64,000 bases of DNA from Myxococcales bacterium (GTDB lineage Bacteria; Myxococcota_A; Polyangia; Polyangiales; JAFGIB01): the NCBI GenBank assembly GCA_029880325.1, contig JAOUOP010000020.1:33124-97123 (forward strand). The letters are read 5' to 3'. A program made the position numbers and the translations under genes. Below the pieces are notes generated by a model, which ran no database searches, had not been told where the DNA came from, and was given only the letters and a program-made list of their open reading frames with translations. The first letter of the stretch is position 1. Every line of letters begins with the position of its first letter. Positions 9,544-19,523 of this stretch are shown in pieces.

Positions 9544-10530
9544 ATGAAGGCGACCCTGCATGACGTGGCGGCCCGGGCCGGCGTGTCGATCGCCACCGTT
9601 TCGCGCGCGCTCAACGGCCTGCCCGTGTCGCCGGCCAGTCGCGAGCGCGTGGAGCGGGCGGCCCAGGAGGTGGGTTACGTGGCCAATCGGGCCGCCAGGG
9701 CCCTGCGCAGCGATCGCAGCCACACCATGGGGCTGATTTTCTTCGACCTGCGTAGCACCCTGGGCATCGATCTGCTGGATTCCCTGGGCGAGGCCATCGA
9801 GGACGCGGGCTACTCGCTGCTGGTCTCCAGCGCCCGCGGCGATGCCCGGCGCTTCGAGCTGCTGATGCATCGGCTGCTGGAGCGGCGCGTGGATGCGCTC
9901 TGCTGCGTCCAGGCGCGGGGCCAGAGTGCGACCCTTGAGCGCTGCCGCAGCGCGGGCATTCCGGTGGTCGCGGCGCTGACGGGCTCGGGGGCCTTCGCGC
10001 AGCTGCCGTTGGTGGCGCCGACGACCGGCGAGGCGGCCGCGGCCCTTTCGATGCAGCTGGGGCAGTTGGGGCACCGCCGGGTCGCGCTCGTCGCCGATAG
10101 CGCGCGGACCGCCCAGCTTTCGCCCGTGGGGTGCGCGCTTTCGGCCCAGGCGATCGAGGTCGAGTGCTTCGCGATCCCCGAGGTCGGTGGCATGGAGGGG
10201 CTGCTTGCGGCGCTGCTCGGAAGCCCCGAGCGGCCCACTGCGGTGGTGGTGCCCGGGCCCCAGACCCAGGCTTTGCTCACGGCCTGCCAGGCCCGGGGCC
10301 TCAGGGTGCCGCGCGACTTGAGCGTGGTCGCCCTGGGGCCGATCGCCGACACTGGCATGCCGGCCCAGCGTGAGCTGTCGGTCTTGCACATCGATCCGCA
10401 GCGGCTGGGGCGCGCCGCCGGGGCGGCCATGCTGGGCTGGCTCGCCGGGGTTCGCCCCGCAAATCGCATCGGGGTCGAGATCGGGTCGTTTGTGGCCGGC
10501 GCGACGACGGGCCCAGCCCCAGGTCACTGA
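9544..10530 (+). CDS. LacI family transcriptional regulator
   Basis: TLHDVAARAGVSIATVSRALNG HTH, hinge helix ARALR, periplasmic-binding-type effector domain (VPRDLSVV). Confidence 0.95.
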   Translation: MKATLHDVAARAGVSIATVSRALNGLPVSPASRERVERAAQEVGYVANRAARALRSDRSHTMGLIFFDLRSTLGIDLLDSLGEAIEDAGYSLLVSSARGDARRFELLMHRLLERRVDALCCVQARGQSATLERCRSAGIPVVAALTGSGAFAQLPLVAPTTGEAAAALSMQLGQLGHRRVALVADSARTAQLSPVGCALSAQAIEVECFAIPEVGGMEGLLAALLGSPERPTAVVVPGPQTQALLTACQARGLRVPRDLSVVALGPIADTGMPAQRELSVLHIDPQRLGRAAGAAMLGWLAGVRPANRIGVEIGSFVAGATTGPAPGH

Positions 10531-10571
10531 AAGCGTGCCCTGCTGTCGGCACCCCGCTTGCGCTGCCCGCC

Positions 10572-10583
10572 GTAAACGTTTAC
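10572..10583. promoter_or_regulatory. LacI-family operator GTAAACGTTTAC (site 2)
   Basis: Identical perfect palindrome upstream of the CocE/NonD hydrolase. Confidence 0.8.
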
Positions 10584-10689
10584 AGCATGGCTCCGGAAGG
10601 GAGCCGGTGTCCCACGCCCGCGGGGCTGCATCTGCCCGGTGAGTCCGCCGACGGCCCCCATCCCGAGCGACAACAACCGAGGTAGCGCC

Positions 10690-12306
10690 ATGTCCACTGC
10701 ACCGAGCATCCGCGAGCCCGAAAACGAGATCGAAGTCTTCCCGCTGCCGCCCGGCATCCGGGTCGAACGCGACCTGGCGCTGACCATGCCTGACGGCATT
10801 CGCCTCTCGGCCAACCTCTTCCGCCCCGAGGGCGCCCACCCACCGCTGCCGGTGATCGTGGCGCTCACCCCCTACGGCAAGGATGCCAATCCCGCCGAGA
10901 CGCGCGAGGCGACGCTGAAGCAACGCCAGAAGTCGGGTCTGGGCATGGGGCGCTACCGCGTCTCCGAGGCCACACCCTTCGAGGCCCCCGACCCGGCCTA
11001 TTGGGTGGAAAATGGCTACGCCGTCGTGCACGTCGACCTCAGGGGCTGCTTCAAGTCCGAGGGCAAGCGCGGGCTCTTCAGCCGTCGCGAAATCAGCGAC
11101 TACGGTGAGATCATCGAGTGGGCTGGAACTCAACCCTGGAGTAACGGCAAGGTGGCGCTGCACGGCGTTTCCTATTTGGCGATCTGCCAGTGGTATGCCG
11201 CCGCGCAGAACCCGCCGCACCTGGCCGCGATCGTGCCGTGGGAGGGGGCTTCCGACGCCTACCGCAACATCATGTTCCACGGTGGCGTGCCCGAGACCGC
11301 GTTTTTCCGCGGCTGGTCGCGGGCCATGACTGGCGAAAAGGCCGAGCAGCAGAAGGGGCCGAGCCGAACGCCTGCCATCGGCGACCTGCGCATCAACGTG
11401 GCCGATCTCTCTGCGATTCGGGTGCCGGCGCTGATCTGCGGCAGCTTCTCCGACCAGGGGCTGCATACCAAGGGCGCCTTCGATGCCTACGAGCGCATTC
11501 GTTCGGAGCACAAGTGGCTCTACACCCACGGTCGCGGCAAGTGGACCGTCTACTATGAAGAAGCGGCCCTGGCCTACCAGCGCCAATTCCTCGATTGCTT
11601 CCTCAAGGGCGAGGACAATGGCATGAAGGAGCGGCCGCGGGTGCGCCTCGAGGTGCGCAAGACGGTCGACACCTACGCCGTGCGCGAAGTGGCCGACTGG
11701 CCCCTACCCGACACCGACTACCGCGAGCTCTACCTGGGCGAAGGCAGCAGCCTGAGCGAAGAGCGGGCTGCCGAGCAGATCACTGTAAGTTATGATGCCC
11801 GGGGCCGCGAAAACCTGCACTTCGACCTGCGCTTCGACAGCTCCTGCGAGATCACCGGGTACATGCGCCTCAAGCTGTGGGTCTCCACCGACGAGGGTGA
11901 TGACATGGACCTCTTTGTCGCCATCCAAAAGCTCGACGCCGACGGCCGGGAAGTCTGCTTCGAGGCGCGCGAAAACGACCCAGCGGGTCCCGTCTCCATG
12001 GGCTGGCTGCGGGTCTCTCACCGTGGGTTGGATGGGGATCGCTCCCGTCCCTTTCAGCCCGTGCTCAGTCACGAGACCGTGGAGCTGATAGAAGCCGGCC
12101 AGATCGTGCCCGTCGAGATCGAGATCCTTCCCTCGAGTACGTTCTTCGAAGCCGGCGAGAGCCTGCGTCTGGTCGTTGGCGGCGCCGACATCTATGCAAA
12201 CGCCATGCTTCACCACAAGGACAGCTGTAACCAGGGCAAACACCTGTTGCACCTGGGTGGTGAGCAACCCAGCTCCCTGCTGGTGCCCTTCATTCGCACG
12301 CCCTGA
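10690..12306 (+). CDS. CocE/NonD family hydrolase (peptidase S15-like)
   Basis: TPYGK, DLRGCFKSEG, QPWSNGKV, GVSYLA nucleophile, C-terminal GWLRVSHR jelly-roll domain. Confidence 0.93.
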   Translation: MSTAPSIREPENEIEVFPLPPGIRVERDLALTMPDGIRLSANLFRPEGAHPPLPVIVALTPYGKDANPAETREATLKQRQKSGLGMGRYRVSEATPFEAPDPAYWVENGYAVVHVDLRGCFKSEGKRGLFSRREISDYGEIIEWAGTQPWSNGKVALHGVSYLAICQWYAAAQNPPHLAAIVPWEGASDAYRNIMFHGGVPETAFFRGWSRAMTGEKAEQQKGPSRTPAIGDLRINVADLSAIRVPALICGSFSDQGLHTKGAFDAYERIRSEHKWLYTHGRGKWTVYYEEAALAYQRQFLDCFLKGEDNGMKERPRVRLEVRKTVDTYAVREVADWPLPDTDYRELYLGEGSSLSEERAAEQITVSYDARGRENLHFDLRFDSSCEITGYMRLKLWVSTDEGDDMDLFVAIQKLDADGREVCFEARENDPAGPVSMGWLRVSHRGLDGDRSRPFQPVLSHETVELIEAGQIVPVEIEILPSSTFFEAGESLRLVVGGADIYANAMLHHKDSCNQGKHLLHLGGEQPSSLLVPFIRTP

Positions 12307-12371
12307 GGACCTGCGTTTCACGGCATCGAGCCGGGGTGCAAGGCTGCGCCCGACGTGCGACACTGGCGGCG

Positions 12372-13448
12372 GTGAACGATCTTCCGGTGGCCGAAGCGAG
12401 CACGAGTGTGGAGGCAGAGGCTTCTGCCCGGCGACGCTTTCCCCAGATCAGTGCCCACGCGTTCGAGCACCCCCTGGACCGCACCGCCTCCCGTGCGCTG
12501 CAGAAGGTGGTGGGTCTCGACTGGGTGATCCGCAAATTTCTGGCGGCCATCGGCGAGCGGCGGCTCAGGCTTCTGCACCTGGGCTCGGCCGTACGCGTCG
12601 ACGAGCAGCAATTCCCGGAAATCGGCGCCCTCTTCGACGAGGCCTGCGCCATCCTCGACATCGAGCAGCGGCCGGAACTCTTCATCACCCAGAGTTCGGA
12701 GGTCAACGCCTGGTCGATCGGTGTCGATCGCCCCTTCGTGGTGGTGACCTCGGCCCTCGTGGAGCTGATGGACGAGCGCGAGCTGCAGTGCGTGCTCGGC
12801 CACGAGCTCGGTCATATCCTGTCGGGCCACGCGCTCTACACCACGGTGCTGATGCTGATGCTGCGCCTGTGGCAGCTGTCGCTGGGCATCCCCGGCGGCG
12901 CCGTCGCGGCCACGGGCATCGTGCTGTCTCTGCTCGAATGGAGCCGCAAGGCCGAGCTCAGCGCCGACCGCGCCGGGCTCCTGGTCTCGCAGGATCCGCA
13001 GGTGAGCTACCGGGTCGACATGAAGCTGGCCGGCGGCGCCCTGTGTGAGCACACGCGCGTCGAGGGTTTTCTGCGCCAGTCCGAGGAGTTTCGTGCCGGC
13101 GGTGACCTGCTCGACGGCGCCATCAAGGTGGCGTTGCTGCTCAACCGCAGCCACCCGCTGCCGGTGCTGCGCGTGGCGGAGCTACAGGCCTGGGTGCAGT
13201 CGGGAAAGTACCAGACGATCCTCGACGGCGACTACGGACGCCGCGGCGAAGACGAAGCCGACACCTGGCTCCAGGACGTGGTCGCCACCGCGTCGCAGTA
13301 TCAGGAAGGCCTGAGCAACAGCGCCGATCCCCTGATCTCCACGCTGGTAGGCATGGGTAGCGGGGTGGCAGCCGCGGGCGGGGCGCTGTGGAACTTCGTT
13401 TCGCGTCGCAGTGGCGGCGCTGGCGGCGGCACTGACGATGAGTCCTGA
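12372..13448 (+). CDS. M48 family metallopeptidase
   Basis: FEHPLD, GHELGH Zn motif, WSRKAELSADRAG, SHPLP. Confidence 0.92.
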   Translation: MNDLPVAEASTSVEAEASARRRFPQISAHAFEHPLDRTASRALQKVVGLDWVIRKFLAAIGERRLRLLHLGSAVRVDEQQFPEIGALFDEACAILDIEQRPELFITQSSEVNAWSIGVDRPFVVVTSALVELMDERELQCVLGHELGHILSGHALYTTVLMLMLRLWQLSLGIPGGAVAATGIVLSLLEWSRKAELSADRAGLLVSQDPQVSYRVDMKLAGGALCEHTRVEGFLRQSEEFRAGGDLLDGAIKVALLLNRSHPLPVLRVAELQAWVQSGKYQTILDGDYGRRGEDEADTWLQDVVATASQYQEGLSNSADPLISTLVGMGSGVAAAGGALWNFVSRRSGGAGGGTDDES

Positions 13449-13501
13449 GGGCGGTGCGATAACTCGCCATAACGCTGTCGGCATCCGCTAGTCTGTCGTC
13501 G

Positions 13502-14983
13502 ATGGCCGCGACCCCACACGCCTCCCCGCCGGGCCGCAAGCTCAGGCTGACCAGCAAGCTGAGCTATGGCATCGGCCAGGTCGCCGAGGGCATCAAGAAC
13601 AACGCCTTCAACCTGCTGTTGCTCTTCTACTACGTGCAGGTGCTGGGTGTGCCCGGCAGCTGGGCCGGGGGTGCGCTCTTCATCGCCCAGGCCTTCGACG
13701 CCGTCACCGACCCCATCGCCGGCTTCGTCTCCGACGGCTTTCGCTCGCGCTGGGGCCGGCGCCATCCCTTCATGTACGCCTCGGCGCTGCCGCTATCGCT
13801 GTGTTTCTACCTGCTCTTCGTGCCGCCGGCGGGGCTGTCGCAGCTGTCGCTGGCGCTTTGGCTGACAGTGATGGCGGTGCTCACCCGCGGTGCCATGACC
13901 CTCTACCACGTGCCGCACATCGCGCTCGGCGCCGAGCTCACCGAGGACTACGAAGAGCGCTCGGCCGTGGTGGCCCATCGCACGGCCTTCGGCTTCATCG
14001 GCATGCTCGCGGTCGTCGTGATGGTGGCGCGCTTCTTCCCGGCTGCCGCCGACGGCTCCGACGGCAAGCTGATCGCTGAAAACTACGGTCCCTTCGCCGT
14101 GCTCGGCGCCGTGCTCATCAGCGTCACCATCCTGCTGTCGGCCCTGGGCACCCATGGCGAGATCCCGCACCTGCCGCCGCCGCCCCAGGCCGTCGAGCGC
14201 TTCGCTTTTCGCCGCGCCTTCGAGGAAACGCTGTCGGCCCTGCGCAACCAAAACTTCCTGTGGCTCTTCGTCGGCGTGCTGATGATCTACGTGATGGTCG
14301 GCACCTCCCAGAACCTCAACATGTTCCTGTTGGCGTTCTTTTGGGAGCTGCCCCAAAAAGAGCTATCGATTGTCCTGGGCTCCTTTCCCCTGGGCATGAT
14401 CCTGGGCGCGCCCTTGACCCGCTACCTGCACCGCCGCGTCGAAAAGAAGACCGCATTGGTCTTCGGCACCGGCTGGTTCGGCTTCTGCACCGTGGCGCCA
14501 CCCTTGCTGCGCCTGCTCGATCTCTTCCCGGCCAATGGCACGCCGCCGCTCTTTGGGACCTTGCTCGGATTCGGCCTGCTGCAGGGCATCGGCGTGGTAC
14601 AGGCCATGGTCAGCTTCGGCTCGATGATGGCCGATGTCATCGACCAGCACGAGCTGCAGACCGGCCGCCGCCAGGAGGGCGTCTTCTTCGGAGCGATCTC
14701 CTTTTCGGCCAAGGGCTCGAGCGGCCTTGGCGGCTTGATCGGAGGCGTGGGGCTGGACCTGATCCGCTGGCCCCGCGGTTCCGAAATCAAGAGCGCCGCC
14801 GACGTCGATCCCCAGACCATCGTGCACCTGGGGGTGGTCTACGCCCCGGCGGTGGCCCTCTTCGCCTTCATCAGCGTGGCGGCCCTGATGCGCTTTTCCT
14901 TCACGCGCGCCGAACACGCCTCGGTGCTTGCGGCCCTCCATGCCCGCCGCAAGCCTTCCACTGCAGCTCTCCCAGGAAGGTAG
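13502..14983 (+). CDS. MFS transporter, GPH (MelB-like) family
   Basis: DAVTDPIAG..SD, RWGRRHPF, ELTEDYEER, MMADVID, RQEG; many TM segments. Confidence 0.92.
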   Translation: MAATPHASPPGRKLRLTSKLSYGIGQVAEGIKNNAFNLLLLFYYVQVLGVPGSWAGGALFIAQAFDAVTDPIAGFVSDGFRSRWGRRHPFMYASALPLSLCFYLLFVPPAGLSQLSLALWLTVMAVLTRGAMTLYHVPHIALGAELTEDYEERSAVVAHRTAFGFIGMLAVVVMVARFFPAAADGSDGKLIAENYGPFAVLGAVLISVTILLSALGTHGEIPHLPPPPQAVERFAFRRAFEETLSALRNQNFLWLFVGVLMIYVMVGTSQNLNMFLLAFFWELPQKELSIVLGSFPLGMILGAPLTRYLHRRVEKKTALVFGTGWFGFCTVAPPLLRLLDLFPANGTPPLFGTLLGFGLLQGIGVVQAMVSFGSMMADVIDQHELQTGRRQEGVFFGAISFSAKGSSGLGGLIGGVGLDLIRWPRGSEIKSAADVDPQTIVHLGVVYAPAVALFAFISVAALMRFSFTRAEHASVLAALHARRKPSTAALPGR

Positions 14984-15120
14984 CGACCGGCGCTGCCCGC
15001 ATCGATACCCAAAGGAGGGGACCCCAGGCTCGGAGTCTTTTCCGCACACTGACACCCCTGTAGGTTCGCCCGCCACAGGTCACCGGCAGTATGGGTAGCT
15101 GGTGCCGAGGAGACACGACT

Positions 15121-15735
15121 ATGTACAAATTGGGATTGCGGACACTGTTGTCGGTTTTGGCGATCGCGTGGATCGCGCAGCTGGCCGGCTGCGGTGACGA
15201 CGGTGGTGGTGACGCCGAAGGCAGCGCCGGGACGGGCAGCGATGCGCTTTCACAAACGGCCAATCCGGGTTCGACGGCCACGGGGACGACCACGACGACG
15301 ACCTCCGTGCTGCCCGACGGCGGCGTGCAGGCGCTCATCGACATGCTCCAGCCGACCTGCGACCCCAACGTCCCGACCACCGCCAACTGCGGCGGAACCG
15401 AATGCCCGGCGCCGGGCGGGCTGGCCCAGTTCACCTGCACCGTGCCCTGCTGTCAAAACGACACCTGCGGCACCATGAGCGCCGTCGAGGGCATGGTCGG
15501 CGAGTGCCAGATCCCGGCCCAGCCCGACCCCAACTGCCCCGGCTACGAAGCCCCCGCCTTCAGCGGCTTCGGCATGGGCGCCGCGGACAACGACGCCGGT
15601 GCCGAGACCATGACCCTGCCGGGCTGCTGCACGGCCGAAGGCGTCTGCGGCGTGATCTCATCGTTCACCCAGCAGTGCATCACCTCGAGCATGATCTACA
15701 CCGACATCACTGCCGGCCCGCCCTGCGGTCAGTAG
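15121..15735 (+). CDS. Cys-rich hypothetical lipoprotein
   Basis: GAGGAG RBS, lipobox LAGC, Thr/Ser linker, 14 further Cys. Confidence 0.8.
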   Translation: MYKLGLRTLLSVLAIAWIAQLAGCGDDGGGDAEGSAGTGSDALSQTANPGSTATGTTTTTTSVLPDGGVQALIDMLQPTCDPNVPTTANCGGTECPAPGGLAQFTCTVPCCQNDTCGTMSAVEGMVGECQIPAQPDPNCPGYEAPAFSGFGMGAADNDAGAETMTLPGCCTAEGVCGVISSFTQQCITSSMIYTDITAGPPCGQ

Positions 15736-16016
15736 CGAGCGGGCGGGGCATCGCTGGGCTGGTGCCGGGCGCGCGCGCCCGCGTCCGCCTGGGGGGGAGC
15801 AACGCTTCAAGATGCCGGTGAGCTGGTGGGGTTGCCAATCGCGCGGTGAGTTTGACTGGGACAGGTCGGCTCACCGTTTGCGAGTTCGCCGAGGGGCTTG
15901 CGGCGTTGAGCTGCGAGTCCTCGGAGGCGGCTTCTGGGCGCCTTCAGCAGGGAACGCTTCCGCCCTTCCGCCGGTCTTGACGCTCCGCTTCCCTTGGGTC
16001 AATAGTCCGCCGATGC

Positions 16017-16352
16017 TTACGACGGAGAAGGGGGTGTGGCGAGGTTGTGCCCGCCGTTACCATCTTCCGTCGCGCCGTTGAGCGCGTGGATGGCACCACC
16101 GGAGTCAGCCCTAAGGAAGCCCCGACCGGCGTTTCCACGCGCGATCGCATTGTCTGAAGCGATCACACCGTTGAGCGAGGCCGAGAAGCCGCCTGAAGAG
16201 TCGCTCTCGCTGATGACCCCGTGCGCTTGAACGCTGCCACTGCGCGCGAAGACTCCCTGCACAAAGTCGCGGACGACTGTATCGCGACCGATGACAGCGC
16301 TTCCGGATTGCTCGACCCGCACGCCGCCGCCCCCTGAATCCGTACCGCGCAA
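16017..16352 (-). pseudogene. Remnant of a parallel beta-helix repeat protein
   Basis: G/S/N-rich periodic turns (GVRVEQSGS, GFSASLNG, ARGNAGRGFL, DGNGG); no proper start; codon usage unlike neighbours. Confidence 0.35.
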
Positions 16353-16543
16353 GGCTCGTCCGCGAAGGCAGATGGCAGCCGGCCCCGCTTGGTCGCAAGC
16401 CCCCTACGCCCCAATGCTGGGATGAGTCCGCCGCTTCATCTCGGCGCCCGGTCGCCCATCGGCGGGCGCAAGGCACCGCTCGCGCGAGGTCCACAATCTT
16501 TTGGGTTTCGGTCGCGGCCCATCGGGACTAGCCTCCGGGCACC

Positions 16544-17791
16544 ATGCGCATCGGTGGCACGTTCCTGCTGCTGCTGCTGCTTTCGGCGTGTGGGGCGGCG
16601 GCCGTCGGTGACGCGAGGCCGGTCGCGCCCCGGGTCGAGAGCCAGCCGCAGCCCGTTGAATCCTTGCCCGAGCCCGAGCCCGAGCCCGAGCCTGCGGAAC
16701 CGGTTGTCGCCGCCACAGAGCCGGGCAATCCCCCCGACGACTTCGACGGCGATGGCGTCATGACGGACTCCGACGCGTGCCCCTGGCTCCATGCCAAGGC
16801 GCCCGATGGCTGCCCCGAGCACCTGCGTATCGATGAAGCGCGAAAGGGTGTGCGGCTGGTTTCGGGTCCCTTGAGCTATGACTCGACGAGCGGCCGCCTG
16901 GGTCCGCAAAACGAGGCGGCCCTCGGGGAGCTGGCGCAGGCGCTGATGGCTACGCGTGAGCTGTGGGTGCGTGCCGAGGCCCATACCTTCGAGTCTGGCG
17001 ATGCCGAAGAAAACTATGAGTTGTCGCTGCGCCAGGCGCGCGCGGTCCACGACTTTCTGGTCGCTCGAGGCGTCGACCCATCCCAGCTCGAGGCCTACGG
17101 CTGTGGCATGAGCCGAGCGGTCTCGCCCGAGGCCGGGTGGCGGCGCTTCGAAAACCGTCGCATCCTGATCCGTCTCGTTCGACCCTTGCCCCAAAGTGGC
17201 TATCCATCGAACTTCAACTGTCGCAAGGTCGGCGCTGTGGAGGCGGAAAAGGAGCCACGGGCGGCCGACAAACCCGGTGCGCCGGCGGCCACGGAAAAGC
17301 CCAGCGCCGCGCCCACCGCCCTGGCAAAGCCAGCGCCACGCAAGACGCGTGACCCCGACGGCGACGGCCTCAGCGGTAACAACGACGGCTGTCCCCGCAG
17401 TCCGGGCGATGAAATCTTGATGGGCTGTCCCAAGCGCCATCGGCTCCAGCTCGATGCGGGTCGCATCGAACTCAAGCGGCGCGTTCGCTTCGAGCAGGGA
17501 GAGGCCACGCTCAGGCGGCGCGGGCAGGAGCTGCTCGACGAGGTCGCCGCCACGCTGCGCGTCAACCCCGAGGTCAACGTGCGCGTCGAAGTGCACGAGA
17601 CCGACTCCGAGTTAGCCCAGCGGCGCGCCGCGGCGGTTCGCGAGTACTTCGACCGCCATGGCGTGAATGCCGAGCGCGTGCAGGCGGTGGCTTGCCCGCC
17701 GTCGCCGGGCGCCGAAGCCGGCAGCCTGCTGCTACCCGCGGCCGAGGGCAGGTTGCCGCCGCTGCCCGAGGGCTGTGCGCTGGCACCCTGA
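16544..17791 (+). CDS. Lipoprotein with two OmpA-like C-terminal domains and TSP3-like Ca-binding repeats
   Basis: LLSAC lipobox; DFDGDG..DSDACP and DPDGDG...DGCP; NYELS..RAV, ENRRI; VRFEQG..LDEVA..L; AQRRAAAV. Confidence 0.85.
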   Translation: MRIGGTFLLLLLLSACGAAAVGDARPVAPRVESQPQPVESLPEPEPEPEPAEPVVAATEPGNPPDDFDGDGVMTDSDACPWLHAKAPDGCPEHLRIDEARKGVRLVSGPLSYDSTSGRLGPQNEAALGELAQALMATRELWVRAEAHTFESGDAEENYELSLRQARAVHDFLVARGVDPSQLEAYGCGMSRAVSPEAGWRRFENRRILIRLVRPLPQSGYPSNFNCRKVGAVEAEKEPRAADKPGAPAATEKPSAAPTALAKPAPRKTRDPDGDGLSGNNDGCPRSPGDEILMGCPKRHRLQLDAGRIELKRRVRFEQGEATLRRRGQELLDEVAATLRVNPEVNVRVEVHETDSELAQRRAAAVREYFDRHGVNAERVQAVACPPSPGAEAGSLLLPAAEGRLPPLPEGCALAP

Positions 17792-17800
17792 CACGGTGGT

Positions 17801-19390
17801 TCAGCGAAAGAAGCAGTCCAGCACTCGATGCTGGCGCAGCTGGGCCAGCTGGCTCGCCTGTGACGCACTGGGGCACAGCTTCAGGAACTCGCCCACGGTG
17901 GCTTCGGGATCGCCAGGGCTGCGCTCCAGCTCGAGCGAGAGGTAGTCGCGGTCGGCCAGCAGGATCGAGAGCCCGTGTTGCTGCTGCCAGCGCGCAAGCG
18001 TTTCGCGCAAGGCCGTTCCCCGTTTGCCCCCGGTGCCGAGCACCACAAGCGCCTGCAAAACGTCGGGCCGGGCAAAGACACCGAGTTCGGCTGGTTTGCC
18101 TCCATAACCTCGAGTGATTCGGAGCGCGGTCGCGCCGAGGGGCGAAAGCGCTTCGACCAGGCGCGCCGTCAGCGCCTGGGCCTGGGCCTTTTCCACGCGC
18201 ACCCTGAGCCAGGCCTCGCCCGCGCTGCCGGCGTCGACCTCGAGATCGTCGCCGGCCACGGCGATGACGGCGTCGAGCAGGGGGCCGAGCGAGGGTTCAC
18301 GGCGCGCGGCCTGCACACGCTGGTCTCGAAGCTCGGGCGGGGGGGGCTCTGGGGGGGGCGCGTAGCTGGCGTCATCGTCAGCCGTATCGGTATCTGCCGG
18401 GCCTGCAGGTGCGCTGGTCGAAGCTTGATAGGCCGCCCATAGCACGGCGGCGAGCACGCGCGCCTGCTCGGGCGACAGCCGTAGCTCGGCGCGCAGCGCG
18501 CTGCCGTCGAGGTCGGTGTTCATGCCGTGCAAGGCGTCGGCGTCGCCGGGCACCTGCTTTTGCGCCAGGCTTTCAGCCGCGCCGGCCGCCAACATGCGCA
18601 GCAATAGGGCAGCGTGATGCGCCACGCCTTCGAGATCGAAGCGGGCCACGAGGCTGAGCACGACGGTCTCGCGTTCGCCGCTCGAGTCGCGCGTCATCGA
18701 GAGGCGCCCGCCCTCGAGGGCCTCGAGCACACCGGGCAATTTTTCGTGCAGATAGGCGCGCACTTCCTCGCCGGCTTCGGCCCGTGGGATGCCGGCGCTC
18801 AGCTCCAGCGCGGCGCGCTTGCCCTTGCGCTTGGCTGGCAGCGCCCACTCCGGTGCGCGCTGGGAGGGGTCGCGTTGCGCGGGCGCGATCAGCGCGCGGC
18901 TGCAGTCGTGGCGCAGGCAGCCGACCCAGAGTCGATCGCCGACGCGGGCCCAGATTTCGTCACCGAAAACCCAGGCCTCGCGCCCGGCGCGGCGTTCTTT
19001 TTGCGCTTCGGGCGCAAGCGGTGGCTCGCCTTCGACCACGATCGTGTATTGGGGATCGCCGGCGGTCAGCGCAGCGCCCACGTGCAGCGCCTGGATCTGA
19101 CCCAGGGCCTGCTGGGCCCGCTGGGCGCCGAAGAGTTCACCGAGGATCGATCGGGCCGGGATCAGGTCGCGCGCCTGGGCCAGCTCCACGTGCAGCACCA
19201 CCACCGACTCGCCCGCGAGCCAGCGCACCACCTCGGGCCCATGGCGCTTGGCCTTGGGGGCCGGGGCCCTGGCAGGCTCGGCGCGCACGGCGGGGGCCGG
19301 CTGCGAAGCGCAGGCCGCCGTCAGAAGGCATGCGCCCAGCGCCAGCGCTCTTTGGGCCCGCGGACGCAGGAGTCGCGGCGTCATCGCCAT
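17801..19390 (-). CDS. Hypothetical lipoprotein with C-terminal DUF4253-like domain
   Basis: TAAC lipobox; C-terminal W...HG..I...DRD....P.D.....EF..LCP pattern. Start trimmed from the 791-aa ORF. Confidence 0.65.
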   Translation of the reverse strand: MAMTPRLLRPRAQRALALGACLLTAACASQPAPAVRAEPARAPAPKAKRHGPEVVRWLAGESVVVLHVELAQARDLIPARSILGELFGAQRAQQALGQIQALHVGAALTAGDPQYTIVVEGEPPLAPEAQKERRAGREAWVFGDEIWARVGDRLWVGCLRHDCSRALIAPAQRDPSQRAPEWALPAKRKGKRAALELSAGIPRAEAGEEVRAYLHEKLPGVLEALEGGRLSMTRDSSGERETVVLSLVARFDLEGVAHHAALLLRMLAAGAAESLAQKQVPGDADALHGMNTDLDGSALRAELRLSPEQARVLAAVLWAAYQASTSAPAGPADTDTADDDASYAPPPEPPPPELRDQRVQAARREPSLGPLLDAVIAVAGDDLEVDAGSAGEAWLRVRVEKAQAQALTARLVEALSPLGATALRITRGYGGKPAELGVFARPDVLQALVVLGTGGKRGTALRETLARWQQQHGLSILLADRDYLSLELERSPGDPEATVGEFLKLCPSASQASQLAQLRQHRVLDCFFR

Positions 19391-19523
19391 CGTAGACTTG
19401 TAGCAGAGAGCGTGCGCAAAGTGGGCACTGGCCGCGGCCGTGCCTACTTTGCAGGCGGCGACGGGGCGGCAGGGCCACGGGACCACTGTGCTTGAAAGTC
19501 CTTCAAGCCGACCAGGAGAAGCG

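Noticed and set aside
10586-10606. GGCTCCGGAAGGGAGCC hairpin resembling SRP RNA domain IV
   Set aside because: Lacks the CAGG/AGCAG internal-loop motifs and the long flanking stem; probably a simple leader hairpin.
9475-11586. 703-aa minus-strand ORF, and similar long antisense ORFs (50615-52366, 52888-54759, 56839-58335, 3143-4450)
   Set aside because: Shadow or alternative frames of well-supported genes, expected in high-GC DNA; no motifs.
16667-16692. CCCGAG hexamer repeat
   Set aside because: Encodes an ordinary PEPEPE linker.
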